Assembly (NCBI GenBank): GCA_943356495.1
Contig: CALRFF010000003.1
Span: 551 to 64,550, forward strand
Source of the DNA: Candidatus Nomurabacteria bacterium
GTDB taxonomy: Bacteria; Patescibacteriota; Minisyncoccia; Phycocordibacterales; SBAW01
DNA: 64,000 nt
Direction: 5' to 3'
The position numbers and the translations under genes are program-made. Every line of letters begins with the position of its first letter. Position 1 is the first letter of the stretch. The notes beneath the pieces are model-generated. The model searched no databases. It was not told where the DNA came from and saw only the letters and a list, made by a program, of their open reading frames with translations. Below are positions 49,212 through 64,000 of the stretch, in pieces.

Positions 49212-51132
49212 CCAAGTCGGCCGACACCAATTTTACGCGCACGGTATCCCCGAGCGCGTATTTCTTTTTTGTCTTCTGCCCGATAAGCGCGTACTCTTTT
49301 GCCGAGTAGTTGTAAAAATCGGTGCCGATGGTGCGCACGCGCACCAACCCCTCGGCCGAGCTCAACTTTTCCTCCACATACAGGCCCCAGTCGGTAACGC
49401 CGGAGATAACGCCGTCGAAGGTCTGCCCGACCTTGGTGCTCATAAACTCCACCAACTTGTAGCGGATAGAGTCGCGCTCGGCACTGGTTGCCTTAGCCTC
49501 TTGCTCGCTTGCGGCGATGCACATTTTTTCCAAACTCACGTACTCGTCGCGGTTAATGGGGTTGCCGCTTAGGTGCGAGGCAAGTATCCGGTGCACCAAC
49601 ATGTCGGGGTAACGGCGAATAGGGGAGGTAAAGTGCGTATAAAACTCAAACGCCAGCCCGAAGTGCCCGATGTTTTTGGTCGAGTACACCGCTTTAGCCA
49701 TACTGCGCAGAGTCGCGGTGCGGATAAGCGCCGCCTCGGGCTTGCCTTCTATTTGTTTGAGTAGGTTTTGGATATCTTTGGCGGAGTACTTCTTTTTTTG
49801 TTTATTCCCGAACTCGTACCCGATAGCGCGCACAAAGGTCGCCAACTCGTCGATGCGGTCGGGCTTGGGGTCGTCGTGGATGCGGTACAAAAAGACGTAG
49901 TTTTTTTCCGGCACTTTTTTGGCAAGGTCGGAGATGTAGGTGGCCACCTCGCGGTTGGCAAGGAGCATAAACTCCTCGATAAGCCAGTTGGTGTCTATGC
50001 GGTGCTTACGAACCACCTGTAGCGGCTTGCCGTCTTTGTCTAACTCAAAACGCACTTCGTTGTCGCCAAAGTCTATGGCGCCTTCGTTGGCGCGTTGCGC
50101 GCGCATAATCGCGGCAAGTTTGAGCAGGGTATTGAGCTCGCTTAGATACGGCCCGTTTTGAGTGTCGAGCACGGCCTGAGCCTCTTCGTAACTAAAACGC
50201 TTGTTCGAGCAGATGACCGACTTTTCGAACTTGCGGGAAAGTACGCGCGCATTTTTATCGAGTGTAAACACGGCCGAAAAAGCCAGACGGTCTTCGCCCT
50301 CGCGCAGCGAGCATACGTTGCCCGAAAGCTCGTGCGGGAGCATGGGGATAGTCGCGTCTACCAAGTACACGCTGGTGCCGCGCTTAACCGCCTCGGCGTC
50401 TATGGCGGTGCCCGGCGCGCAAAAAAAGGTTGCGTCGGCGATGTGGATACCCACCTCGTAGGTGCCATCAGCTAGCTCTCGGACCGACAATGCGTCGTCA
50501 AAGTCTTTAGCATCTACCGGATCGATAGTCATGGTGGTAACACCGCGGTAGTCGGCGCGTTTGGGTACCTCGCCGGCAATAGTCGCCGCATGGTTAGCCT
50601 CCATCTTCTGCGCTTCAAGCGCCACCTCGACGGGGAACTGGGTGCGGAATCCGTGCTCAAGCACAATCGCGTTCATCTCTACCCGATGTTCGCCGGCTTT
50701 GCCGATGTTTTCGATAAGCGTACCCTTGGCGACTTTACCGTCAAAGGAGTCGAGCTTGATAAGCAGCTTCTGTCCCTCTTCGAACGTGCCGGCAACGTCT
50801 ATCGGTTTGTAAAAACGCTGGTCGTCGGCGATAACCAACCCCTTTTTAATAGTGCAGACAAACTCGGTTTTATTGCGTTCTACTATTTTTATTACTTTGC
50901 CGCTCGGGCGGGGAAACAGGCCCGTAAGCTCGACCGACACCATGTCGCCGTTAAGAGCACCCATCAACTTTTCGTTCTGTATCTCGATGTCCTCCTTTTC
51001 TTTATCATCGGGCCAAGCCACATAACCCGTCCCGCGGCGGTTTACCTGTACAATGCCCTCGACGGGCTTTTTCTGGATATGTCCTTTAGGCGCCTCCTTT
51101 TGGGGAGCGCCTGCGTGCTTTCGCTGAGGCAT
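49180..51132 (-). CDS. rnr: Ribonuclease R (RNB family)
   Basis: TIDP.DAKDFDDA, HIAD, RGTSVYL, HFTSPIRRYPD, C-terminal S1; start at MPQRK. Confidence 0.95.
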   Translation of the reverse strand: MPQRKHAGAPQKEAPKGHIQKKPVEGIVQVNRRGTGYVAWPDDKEKEDIEIQNEKLMGALNGDMVSVELTGLFPRPSGKVIKIVERNKTEFVCTIKKGLVIADDQRFYKPIDVAGTFEEGQKLLIKLDSFDGKVAKGTLIENIGKAGEHRVEMNAIVLEHGFRTQFPVEVALEAQKMEANHAATIAGEVPKRADYRGVTTMTIDPVDAKDFDDALSVRELADGTYEVGIHIADATFFCAPGTAIDAEAVKRGTSVYLVDATIPMLPHELSGNVCSLREGEDRLAFSAVFTLDKNARVLSRKFEKSVICSNKRFSYEEAQAVLDTQNGPYLSELNTLLKLAAIMRAQRANEGAIDFGDNEVRFELDKDGKPLQVVRKHRIDTNWLIEEFMLLANREVATYISDLAKKVPEKNYVFLYRIHDDPKPDRIDELATFVRAIGYEFGNKQKKKYSAKDIQNLLKQIEGKPEAALIRTATLRSMAKAVYSTKNIGHFGLAFEFYTHFTSPIRRYPDMLVHRILASHLSGNPINRDEYVSLEKMCIAASEQEAKATSAERDSIRYKLVEFMSTKVGQTFDGVISGVTDWGLYVEEKLSSAEGLVRVRTIGTDFYNYSAKEYALIGQKTKKKYALGDTVRVKLVSADLASRQLDFELA

Positions 51133-51222
51133 TAATAACGGCAGTATAAGGCATTTATTGACTTTAGGCCAGTGCATTGTTAGAGTGTCTTTATTCCCGC
51201 TCAGGCGGGTATTTTTAAGAAA

Positions 51223-51609
51223 ATGCTTACCATCCGACTCAGCCGCGTAGGACGCAAGAACGACCCGTCGTTCCGCGTTATTGTCGTGGAATCCAAGCGC
51301 AAGCCCCAACCCGGCAATTATCTCGAAAACGTCGGCTCGTACGATCCGCGTGTTGACCGCGTAGAGTTGAAGGCCGACCGCATCAAGTACTGGATCTCGA
51401 TGGGCGCTACGGTTAGCGACACCGTGCACAACATCCTCGTTTCGCAAAAAGTTATTGACGGCAAAAAAATAAACATTTTGCCTAAGTTTAAAGCGCCTGA
51501 GGCTGCTCCTGTTGCCGAGGCTCCCGCGGCTGCGGCAGAGGCTCCGGTTGCGGAGGTTGCCGTAGAAGACGCTCCGGCAGAAGCACCTGCTCCTGAGGCG
51601 GGTGTATAA
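51223..51609 (+). CDS. rpsP: 30S ribosomal protein S16 with Ala/Pro/Glu tail
   Basis: IRL.R.GRK..P.FR.IV, E.VG.YDP, W...GA..SDTV. Confidence 0.96.
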   Translation: MLTIRLSRVGRKNDPSFRVIVVESKRKPQPGNYLENVGSYDPRVDRVELKADRIKYWISMGATVSDTVHNILVSQKVIDGKKINILPKFKAPEAAPVAEAPAAAAEAPVAEVAVEDAPAEAPAPEAGV

Positions 51610-51639
51610 TTGCAGGTAATTACAAATAAATATACTGAC

Positions 51640-52005
51640 ATGGCAGAGAAAGACCAAGAGTTTTTGGAATTCGTAGTAAAAGGTCTCGTCGAGCATCCGC
51701 AGGACGTTAAGGTGTCGCGCGTGGTCGACGAGATGGGTGTGCTTTTGACGCTCGACCTTAACGCCGACGACATGGGCAAGGTTATCGGCCGCTCGGGCAA
51801 CACCGCTAAAGCTATCCGCACCCTTTTGCGCGTTGTGGGTATGAAAAACAGCGCCCGCGTAAATCTTAAAATAAACGAGCCGGCCGGCGGCCGCGCCGAT
51901 GCCGGTGGCGCCGCAGCCCAAGGGTGGGACGGCACGCACGCCGCGCCGACCGCTCCGCAAATGAAGTCGATAGACGAAGCAATGGGCGACCTGGGCAACT
52001 TCTAG
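51640..52005 (+). CDS. khpA: KH-domain RNA-binding protein KhpA/YlqC
   Basis: DMGKVIGRSG.TAKAIRTLL; position after rpsP. Confidence 0.9.
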   Translation: MAEKDQEFLEFVVKGLVEHPQDVKVSRVVDEMGVLLTLDLNADDMGKVIGRSGNTAKAIRTLLRVVGMKNSARVNLKINEPAGGRADAGGAAAQGWDGTHAAPTAPQMKSIDEAMGDLGNF

Positions 52006-52006
52006 C

Positions 52007-52657
52007 TTGCAATTTCACGTAGTTACATTATTTCCTGAAGTAGTAGACGCCTATGCGGCGGCGTCTATTCTTGGTCGCGCACAAAAGGAGAAGCTTTTGA
52101 AGGTAAAAACCTACCAACTGCGCGACACGGCAGGGAATAAGTGGGGCAAAGTAGACGAGCGCCCGTATGGCGGCGGTCCGGGGATGGTCCTGCGCGCCGA
52201 GCCGGTTATCAAAGCCGTCGAAAAAATTCGGAAGGCTAAACCTTCCAGTAAGGTTCTGATTACGTCGGCGGGAGGAAAGCCGTTTACGAACGCCTACGCG
52301 AAATCGCTTTTGAAATACAAAAATGTGGTTATTGTCTGTGGGCGGTACGAGGGCATAGACGTGCGCGCCAAAAAGGCGCTCAAAGCCGAGGAAGTCTCGG
52401 TCGGCCCGTACATTTTGACCGGCGGCGAGGTGCCCGCAATGGCTATCATCGACGCAACCGCGCGCCAGATACCGGGCGTGCTCGGCAAGTTTGAAAGTCT
52501 GGAGGAAGGTCGGGTAGCCAGCCACGACATGTACACGCGCCCCGAGGTGTTGAAGGTACAAGGCAAAAACTTGCGCGTGCCTAAGGTCCTACTCTCCGGC
52601 CATCACGCCAAGATGGATGAGTGGAAGAACAAACGCCGGAGCAACCCTAAACAATAG
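52007..52657 (+). CDS. trmD: tRNA (guanine-37-N1)-methyltransferase
   Basis: TLFPE, RPYGGGPGMV, CGRYEGID, YILTGGE, YTRP, VP.VLLSG.H. Confidence 0.96.
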   Translation: MQFHVVTLFPEVVDAYAAASILGRAQKEKLLKVKTYQLRDTAGNKWGKVDERPYGGGPGMVLRAEPVIKAVEKIRKAKPSSKVLITSAGGKPFTNAYAKSLLKYKNVVIVCGRYEGIDVRAKKALKAEEVSVGPYILTGGEVPAMAIIDATARQIPGVLGKFESLEEGRVASHDMYTRPEVLKVQGKNLRVPKVLLSGHHAKMDEWKNKRRSNPKQ

Positions 52658-52673
52658 AGGTGTATAAGTGGGG

Positions 52674-52702
52674 TTGACCTACAAACAGCCCCGAGCTATC
52701 TT
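52674..52702 (+). promoter_or_regulatory. Sigma70 promoter
   Basis: TTGACC-17 nt-TATCTT. Confidence 0.6.
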
Positions 52703-52734
52703 CGGAGAAGTTGCAACCGAGGGAGAGAAGCTCA

Positions 52735-52893
52735 ATGAGTCAGCAGCAGGCTGAAGCGTCGTCGAGCATTCCGGAGGGTTGGCACAAAGATGTGTCGCCC
52801 CACTACATCGGCAAGGGGATGGCAACGCCCATCCTTCGGCAGGCCCCGCCGCCCGCCCCCAACCCGCAGACCGTGACCCCGCCCGGCCGCTAG
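52735..52893 (+). CDS. Small Pro-rich hypothetical protein (ORFan-like)
   Basis: GGGAG upstream of ATG; bracketed by promoter and terminator. Confidence 0.45.
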   Translation: MSQQQAEASSSIPEGWHKDVSPHYIGKGMATPILRQAPPPAPNPQTVTPPGR

Positions 52894-52915
52894 CACGGTT
52901 CGATTTTTAAGAGAC

Positions 52916-52945
52916 GCCGCCTGAGACTCCTCGGGCGGCTTTTTT
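52916..52945 (+). terminator. Intrinsic terminator
   Basis: gccgcctgag-actc-ctcgggcggc-tttttt. Confidence 0.8.
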
Positions 52946-52951
52946 ATGTAT

Positions 52952-52979
52952 TTGACAGGTATATAGGGTCTGCTATACT
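52952..52979 (+). promoter_or_regulatory. rpoBC promoter
   Basis: TTGACA-16 nt-TATACT with TG extension. Confidence 0.75.
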
Positions 52980-53158
52980 CGATAGCGAAACCAACGGGGG
53001 CTCCGCAAGGAGCAGATTGCGTATCGAGTGGGGGTTTCGATACAAAGAGTGCGACAGATTTTATAAAGCTTCATAAAGAAGCTAGAGGGAGTTGTATGCT
53101 CCCGCTCTTTTCGTGTTTTTAGCCGCAACACATTACTAATTCTTCACCCCACACTCAT

Positions 53159-60019
<6,861 letters not shown>

Positions 60020-60035
60020 GAACATATTAGAAAAC

Positions 60036-60066
60036 AAAAAACCCGAGGTGAAAACCTCGGGTTTTT
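60036..60066 (+). terminator. Intrinsic terminator
   Basis: aaaaaacccgagg-tgaaaa-cctcgggttttt. Confidence 0.88.
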
Positions 60067-60081
60067 GGTACTCTATACGCT

Positions 60082-61686
60082 ATGGACCCGCAGGTACAGC
60101 AGATTAAAGACAGGATAAATATTACCGAGGTTATCGGGCAGTATGTGCAACTTAAGCGTGCGGGGCGTAGCTGGACCGCGCGATGCCCGTTCCATAAAGA
60201 GCGCACGCCCTCCTTCCATGTCTCTCCCGAACGCGGGACCTATATGTGCTTCGGCTGCGGCGAAAAAGGCGACGTATTTTCTTTTATCCAAAAAATGGAC
60301 GGGATAGACTTCCCAACGGCGCTCAAACAGATGGCCGAAAAGGCGGGGATTAAGCTCGAGCCGAGGCAGCAGCGCCCACCGGAGGAAAAAGAAAAAGAGG
60401 AGCGCCTGCGCGAAGTGTGCGAGGCGGCGGTCAAGTTTTTTGAAGCGGAGCTTAAGAAGCACAAAGAGGTACAAGAGTATGTGCGCACCCGCGGTGTAAA
60501 AGACGAGACTACTGCCGCTTGGCGCTTGGGGTATGCCCCCGCCACGTGGGACGCGTTGTCTAAACATCTGCAGGGTTTAGGGTGGGGTAACAGCGAAATT
60601 GTTGATGCGGGTTTTGCCGTGCGCTCGGAGAAAAAACAAGGCGAGATTTTTGACCGCTTTCGCGGCCGGATTATCTTCCCTATTTTTGATGTAGCCGGCG
60701 CGCCTATTGCGGTGTCGGGGCGCTTCTTCGAGAAGGTGCCTAATAGCCGCGAGGACGGTGAGCCTGCCAAGTATGTAAACTCTCCCGAGACCGCGCTGTT
60801 TAAAAAGTCGCGCGTGCTTTATGGGCTCGACCGCGCGCGCGGCAGTATCCGCAAAGCCGATTGTATATTGCTGGTTGAAGGTCAGTTTGACCTGATCATG
60901 GCGCACCAATCGGGCTTGCCGTTTGCGGTAGCACTCTCCGGCACGGCGCTTACCCCCGAGCACCTGTCGCTGCTCGGCAGACTTTCTAAGCGTTTGGTGC
61001 TGGCGCTTGATGCCGACGCCGCAGGCGTGCGCTCCGGCTTAAAGTCCGCCCATATGGCGCTTGCGGCCGGTTTTGACGTTAAGGTACCGACCTTCCCGCA
61101 GGGCCAAGACCCGGCCGATGTCGCCAAACAAAACCCGGAGCTTCTTAAGGCGGCAATACGCACCAGCGCTACGGCGGTAGAGTTTTTTCTGGCTGCATCG
61201 CGTGCGGGCGTACGCGACGAGCGGGCGTACAAAAAAGTAGTAGAGACGCAGGTGCTCCCGCTTATAGCCGCCATGGGCAGCCGCATCGAGCAGGAGCACT
61301 TTATACGCATCGTTGCCGCAAAGATAGGTGTCTCCGACACGGCGGTGCGCGCCGAGGTAGACAAGCGCCCTAAGCCGGTAGAAGACGCTTCATCGGATAT
61401 TCAGCAATCGCGCGCAGAATCAACCGTAGGGCCGTTTGAAAAGAAGGTCGGTATGTTGTTGTTTTACTTTGGTCGGACGTCGGCGGTGGGCGAACAGTTA
61501 GAGGCGTTGCTCGGGGCCGAGCGGCTTGCCGAGATTGAGCAGGAGCTTGGCCCGCAGGCCGAAGCCCTGCGCTTTAAGTTTGAGGCCGAGGTGGGCGAGC
61601 ATACCGAAGAGACTATAAGCCAAGACATGCTGGGGGAGCTCCAGCGGGTGGTAGAGAAGGAGCGTTTCAAAATGAAATTTTTGTGA
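60082..61686 (+). CDS. dnaG: DNA primase
   Basis: CPFH.E.TPSF...CFGC, DRFRGR.IFP, KY.NSPET, VEG.FD, D.D.AG, DPAD. Confidence 0.97.
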   Translation: MDPQVQQIKDRINITEVIGQYVQLKRAGRSWTARCPFHKERTPSFHVSPERGTYMCFGCGEKGDVFSFIQKMDGIDFPTALKQMAEKAGIKLEPRQQRPPEEKEKEERLREVCEAAVKFFEAELKKHKEVQEYVRTRGVKDETTAAWRLGYAPATWDALSKHLQGLGWGNSEIVDAGFAVRSEKKQGEIFDRFRGRIIFPIFDVAGAPIAVSGRFFEKVPNSREDGEPAKYVNSPETALFKKSRVLYGLDRARGSIRKADCILLVEGQFDLIMAHQSGLPFAVALSGTALTPEHLSLLGRLSKRLVLALDADAAGVRSGLKSAHMALAAGFDVKVPTFPQGQDPADVAKQNPELLKAAIRTSATAVEFFLAASRAGVRDERAYKKVVETQVLPLIAAMGSRIEQEHFIRIVAAKIGVSDTAVRAEVDKRPKPVEDASSDIQQSRAESTVGPFEKKVGMLLFYFGRTSAVGEQLEALLGAERLAEIEQELGPQAEALRFKFEAEVGEHTEETISQDMLGELQRVVEKERFKMKFL

Positions 61687-61707
61687 TATATTGATATCCA
61701 ATCAAGC

Positions 61708-62943
61708 ATGGCTAAAAAGAAGGCTAAAAAGACCGCGCGGCGCCCAAAAAACGCCGTGAAGGCTAAGAGGTTTAAGCTGGCCGCCCAAAAGCGTCGGGCG
61801 AAACTCATACCTAAAAAGAAAAAAGTCGCCAAGAAAGTGGTCCCCGTAGTGAAGCTCTCACCCAAGGCCGCGCGCAAAGAGGCCGATAACAACAAAAAAG
61901 CCGAGGCTCTGTTGGCCCACGGCCGCCAGCGCGGGTTTGTCACCTACGACGAGATTTTAAAATCGTTCCCTAATATCGAAACCGACGTCAACTTTTTGGA
62001 AGAGTTGTACGAAAAATTTTCGGTCGCGCACATCGACGTGCTCGAGGGCGGTGGCATGCTCGAGATTACCGAAGAGCCGCTGGAAAAAGGCTACAGTCGC
62101 AGCGACTCCAGCTACGACTCGATACAAATGTACCTGCGCGAGATAGGCAAGTACCCGCTCTTAAATGCCGAGGAGGAGCGCACGCTTGCTAAACGCATCG
62201 TCGACGGCGACAGTGAGGCCCGCAACCTGCTCGCCCGCGCCAACCTGCGCTTGGTCGTGTCTATCGCTAAAAAGTATGTAGGCCGCTCGCCCGACCTTAC
62301 GCTGCTTGACCTTATCCAAGAGGGCAACCTAGGCCTCTTTAAAGCCGTGGACAAGTTTGACTACACCAAGGGCTACAAATTTAGCACCTATGCCACGTGG
62401 TGGATACGCCAAGCTATTACCCGCGCGCTTGCCGACCAAAGCCGCACGATCCGTATCCCCGTGCACATGGTCGAAACCATCGCCAAGTACAAGCAGGTCT
62501 CCCGCCGTTTGGCGCAGGACCTCGGCCGCGACCCATTGGCCGAAGAGATAGCACTCGAAATGGGCGTTGATGTAGAAAAAATTTACCAAATAGAAAAGAT
62601 AGACCAAGACACGGTATCGCTTGAGTCGCCGGTAGGTAGCGACGACGACGACGGCAAGTCGGTCTTGGGCGACTTTATTAAAGACGACAAAATACTGTCC
62701 CCCGACCAAGAGGTGTCGCGCCGTATACTCGGCGACCAGCTTAAAGAGATTTTAGACGAGCTATCGCCCAAAGAACGCGAGATACTGAAACTCCGCCATG
62801 GGTTGGAAGACGGTATTTACCACACGCTCGAAGAGGTGGGTAAAAAGTTCGGCGTTACCCGCGAGCGCATCCGCCAGATCGAAGCTAAAGCATTAGAGCG
62901 CATCCGCACGCACGAAAAGGCCAAGCGCCTCCGCAGTTACTAA
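61708..62943 (+). CDS. rpoD: Primary sigma factor RpoD with basic N-terminal extension
   Basis: [52 protein letters not shown]. Confidence 0.96.
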   Translation: MAKKKAKKTARRPKNAVKAKRFKLAAQKRRAKLIPKKKKVAKKVVPVVKLSPKAARKEADNNKKAEALLAHGRQRGFVTYDEILKSFPNIETDVNFLEELYEKFSVAHIDVLEGGGMLEITEEPLEKGYSRSDSSYDSIQMYLREIGKYPLLNAEEERTLAKRIVDGDSEARNLLARANLRLVVSIAKKYVGRSPDLTLLDLIQEGNLGLFKAVDKFDYTKGYKFSTYATWWIRQAITRALADQSRTIRIPVHMVETIAKYKQVSRRLAQDLGRDPLAEEIALEMGVDVEKIYQIEKIDQDTVSLESPVGSDDDDGKSVLGDFIKDDKILSPDQEVSRRILGDQLKEILDELSPKEREILKLRHGLEDGIYHTLEEVGKKFGVTRERIRQIEAKALERIRTHEKAKRLRSY

Positions 62944-62973
62944 AAAGAAAAGGCCGCCCTTACTTGGGCGGCC
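62942..62973. terminator. Hairpin terminator between convergent genes
   Basis: aaaaagaaaa-ggccgccc-ttactt-gggcggcc. Confidence 0.7.
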
Positions 62974-63076
62974 GGTTTGGGTTGCTGGGTTTGGGGCAGG
63001 CAATGCCCCACGCAATAAGCACTACCACAGCCGCGAGGCCAAGGTAGCCGATAATTTCTGCTATCCTTTGAGCCAT
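62960..63076 (-). CDS. 38-aa single-TM peptide
   Basis: GAGGTG before ATG; MAQRIAEIIGYLGLAAVVVLIAWGIAC... Confidence 0.45.
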   Translation of the reverse strand: MAQRIAEIIGYLGLAAVVVLIAWGIACPKPSNPNRPPK

Positions 63077-63133
63077 CACGCACCTCACACTACTGCAACT
63101 CGCTCTTTTTTTTGTACACAATATACTGGAGTT

Positions 63134-64000
63134 ATGCAAGGAAAACGGCGGGCAAAAGCGCCGACACTGCCTATCAAACACTGGAGCCACTCGAGCTTGA
63201 TGGCTTTTTTGCGCAACCCTTTGGCGTGGCATAAGCGGTATGTCGAGCAGGTGTATGACACGCCCTCGGGGCCCGCGGGTGTGGTGGGCCGTGCGGCGCA
63301 CACGGCGCTCCAGCACTACTACGGCGGGATAGACAAAGAGGGGGCTACGGCGCTCGGGCTCGAGTACCTGCGCGGGGTGAGCGACTTTGAGATTAACTTC
63401 GGCAAGGCAAAAAGCAAGGCCGCCAAACGCAAAAAGCGCGAAACAATGGAGCGCGAGTACCTGCAGGCGGTTGGCTTTTACCTCGAGCGTCCGCCAAGGT
63501 ACAAGGTGCTTGGGGTCGAGGTTAAAGCAATCGTTGAGGTATCGGGTTTGCCTCTACCCATTAAAGCAGTCTCGGACTTGGTGGTACAAAGCGGCGTCGA
63601 CCCGCGCGGGGTCGACGTGGTGGACCATAAATTCGTGGCGGCTTTTACGCCGCACAAAGGGGACAAGGCGCTTTTTATACTACAGGCTATTTTTAACTAT
63701 TACACGGTCAAAAAAACATTTAACAAACCGGTACGGCGCTTTATTATCCATGAGTGCAAAATCTCGCGCAATGCCGACGGCAAACCGCAGATGCGTCGGC
63801 ACATTATAGACTTCCGCCCGTTTAGAGAAGAATTTATTATCTTTAACCGGCTTGTCCGCGACGCCACCGCAGCGCTCGCAAACATGAAGGTATTTTTACC
63901 CAACCCCTCAGACATGTTTGAAGGGGAAAATAGTTTCGATATTTATCGCATCAACCTGCCGCGCGAGGAGTCCGACGCGCACTTTAGACCCGAGGAGTAA
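63134..64000 (+). CDS. PD-(D/E)XK (RecB/AddB-like) nuclease family protein
   Basis: WSHSSL..F..NP, G.AAH.AL..Y, VE, DLV, VVDHK, Q...Y; TATACT 6 nt upstream of ATG. Confidence 0.8.
   Translation: MQGKRRAKAPTLPIKHWSHSSLMAFLRNPLAWHKRYVEQVYDTPSGPAGVVGRAAHTALQHYYGGIDKEGATALGLEYLRGVSDFEINFGKAKSKAAKRKKRETMEREYLQAVGFYLERPPRYKVLGVEVKAIVEVSGLPLPIKAVSDLVVQSGVDPRGVDVVDHKFVAAFTPHKGDKALFILQAIFNYYTVKKTFNKPVRRFIIHECKISRNADGKPQMRRHIIDFRPFREEFIIFNRLVRDATAALANMKVFLPNPSDMFEGENSFDIYRINLPREESDAHFRPEE

Noticed and set aside
51133-51960. Long N-terminal extensions in the ORF track (rnr, also paaK-like, lnt, pfkB, fba, dnaE, smc)
   Set aside because: They overlap bona fide genes, promoters or terminators; internal starts match family N-termini and usually have a -10 box just upstream.
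52986-53158. Known riboswitch (e.g. c-di-GMP-I) in the rpoBC leader
   Set aside because: A GNRA hairpin is present but I could not match the consensus of any riboswitch I know; kept only as an unassigned leader.
63134-64000. Cas4 / CRISPR adaptation gene
   Set aside because: Lacks the four-Cys Fe-S motif; no cas1 or array in view.

Overview
Chromosomal window from a small-genome bacterium, most likely Patescibacteria/CPR (Parcubacteria-like). This is an inference from trimmed housekeeping proteins, a split transketolase, a NusB-NUDIX fusion and a sortase with a VPYTG-type substrate. Genetic code 11 fits. Contents: (1) 1-6.8 kb, the 3' end of a giant repeat-built surface protein, a four-helix-bundle gene, signal peptidase I and an Ig-like protein, laced with 7-nt ACTACAA-type repeats in both orientations. 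(2) A gap-rpiB-rpe-tkt-tkt / pfkB-fba sugar cluster containing an RnfD/UnbU-like + ASPIC/UnbV fusion gene. (3) Accessory envelope genes: lytic transglycosylase, 7-repeat EPTP protein, Lnt-like + PaaK-like pair, GT2, sortase and substrate. (4) Core genes: rplY, rpmE, prfA, rpsB, tsf, tRNA-Thr, pheST, gyrB, thrS, dnaE, rnhB, rpmF, nusB, rnc, smc, rnr, rpsP, khpA, trmD, a fused rpoB-rpoC, dnaG, rpoD. Main oddities: the heptamer-repeat/four-helix-bundle module; three kinds of palindromic insert inside coding sequence, one shared by the sortase and its putative substrate; apparently leaderless core genes next to SD-led ORFan cassettes; and the rpoBC fusion. No CRISPR array, rRNA, reverse transcriptase, transposase or integrase was seen. 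All calls are by eye, with no database searches.
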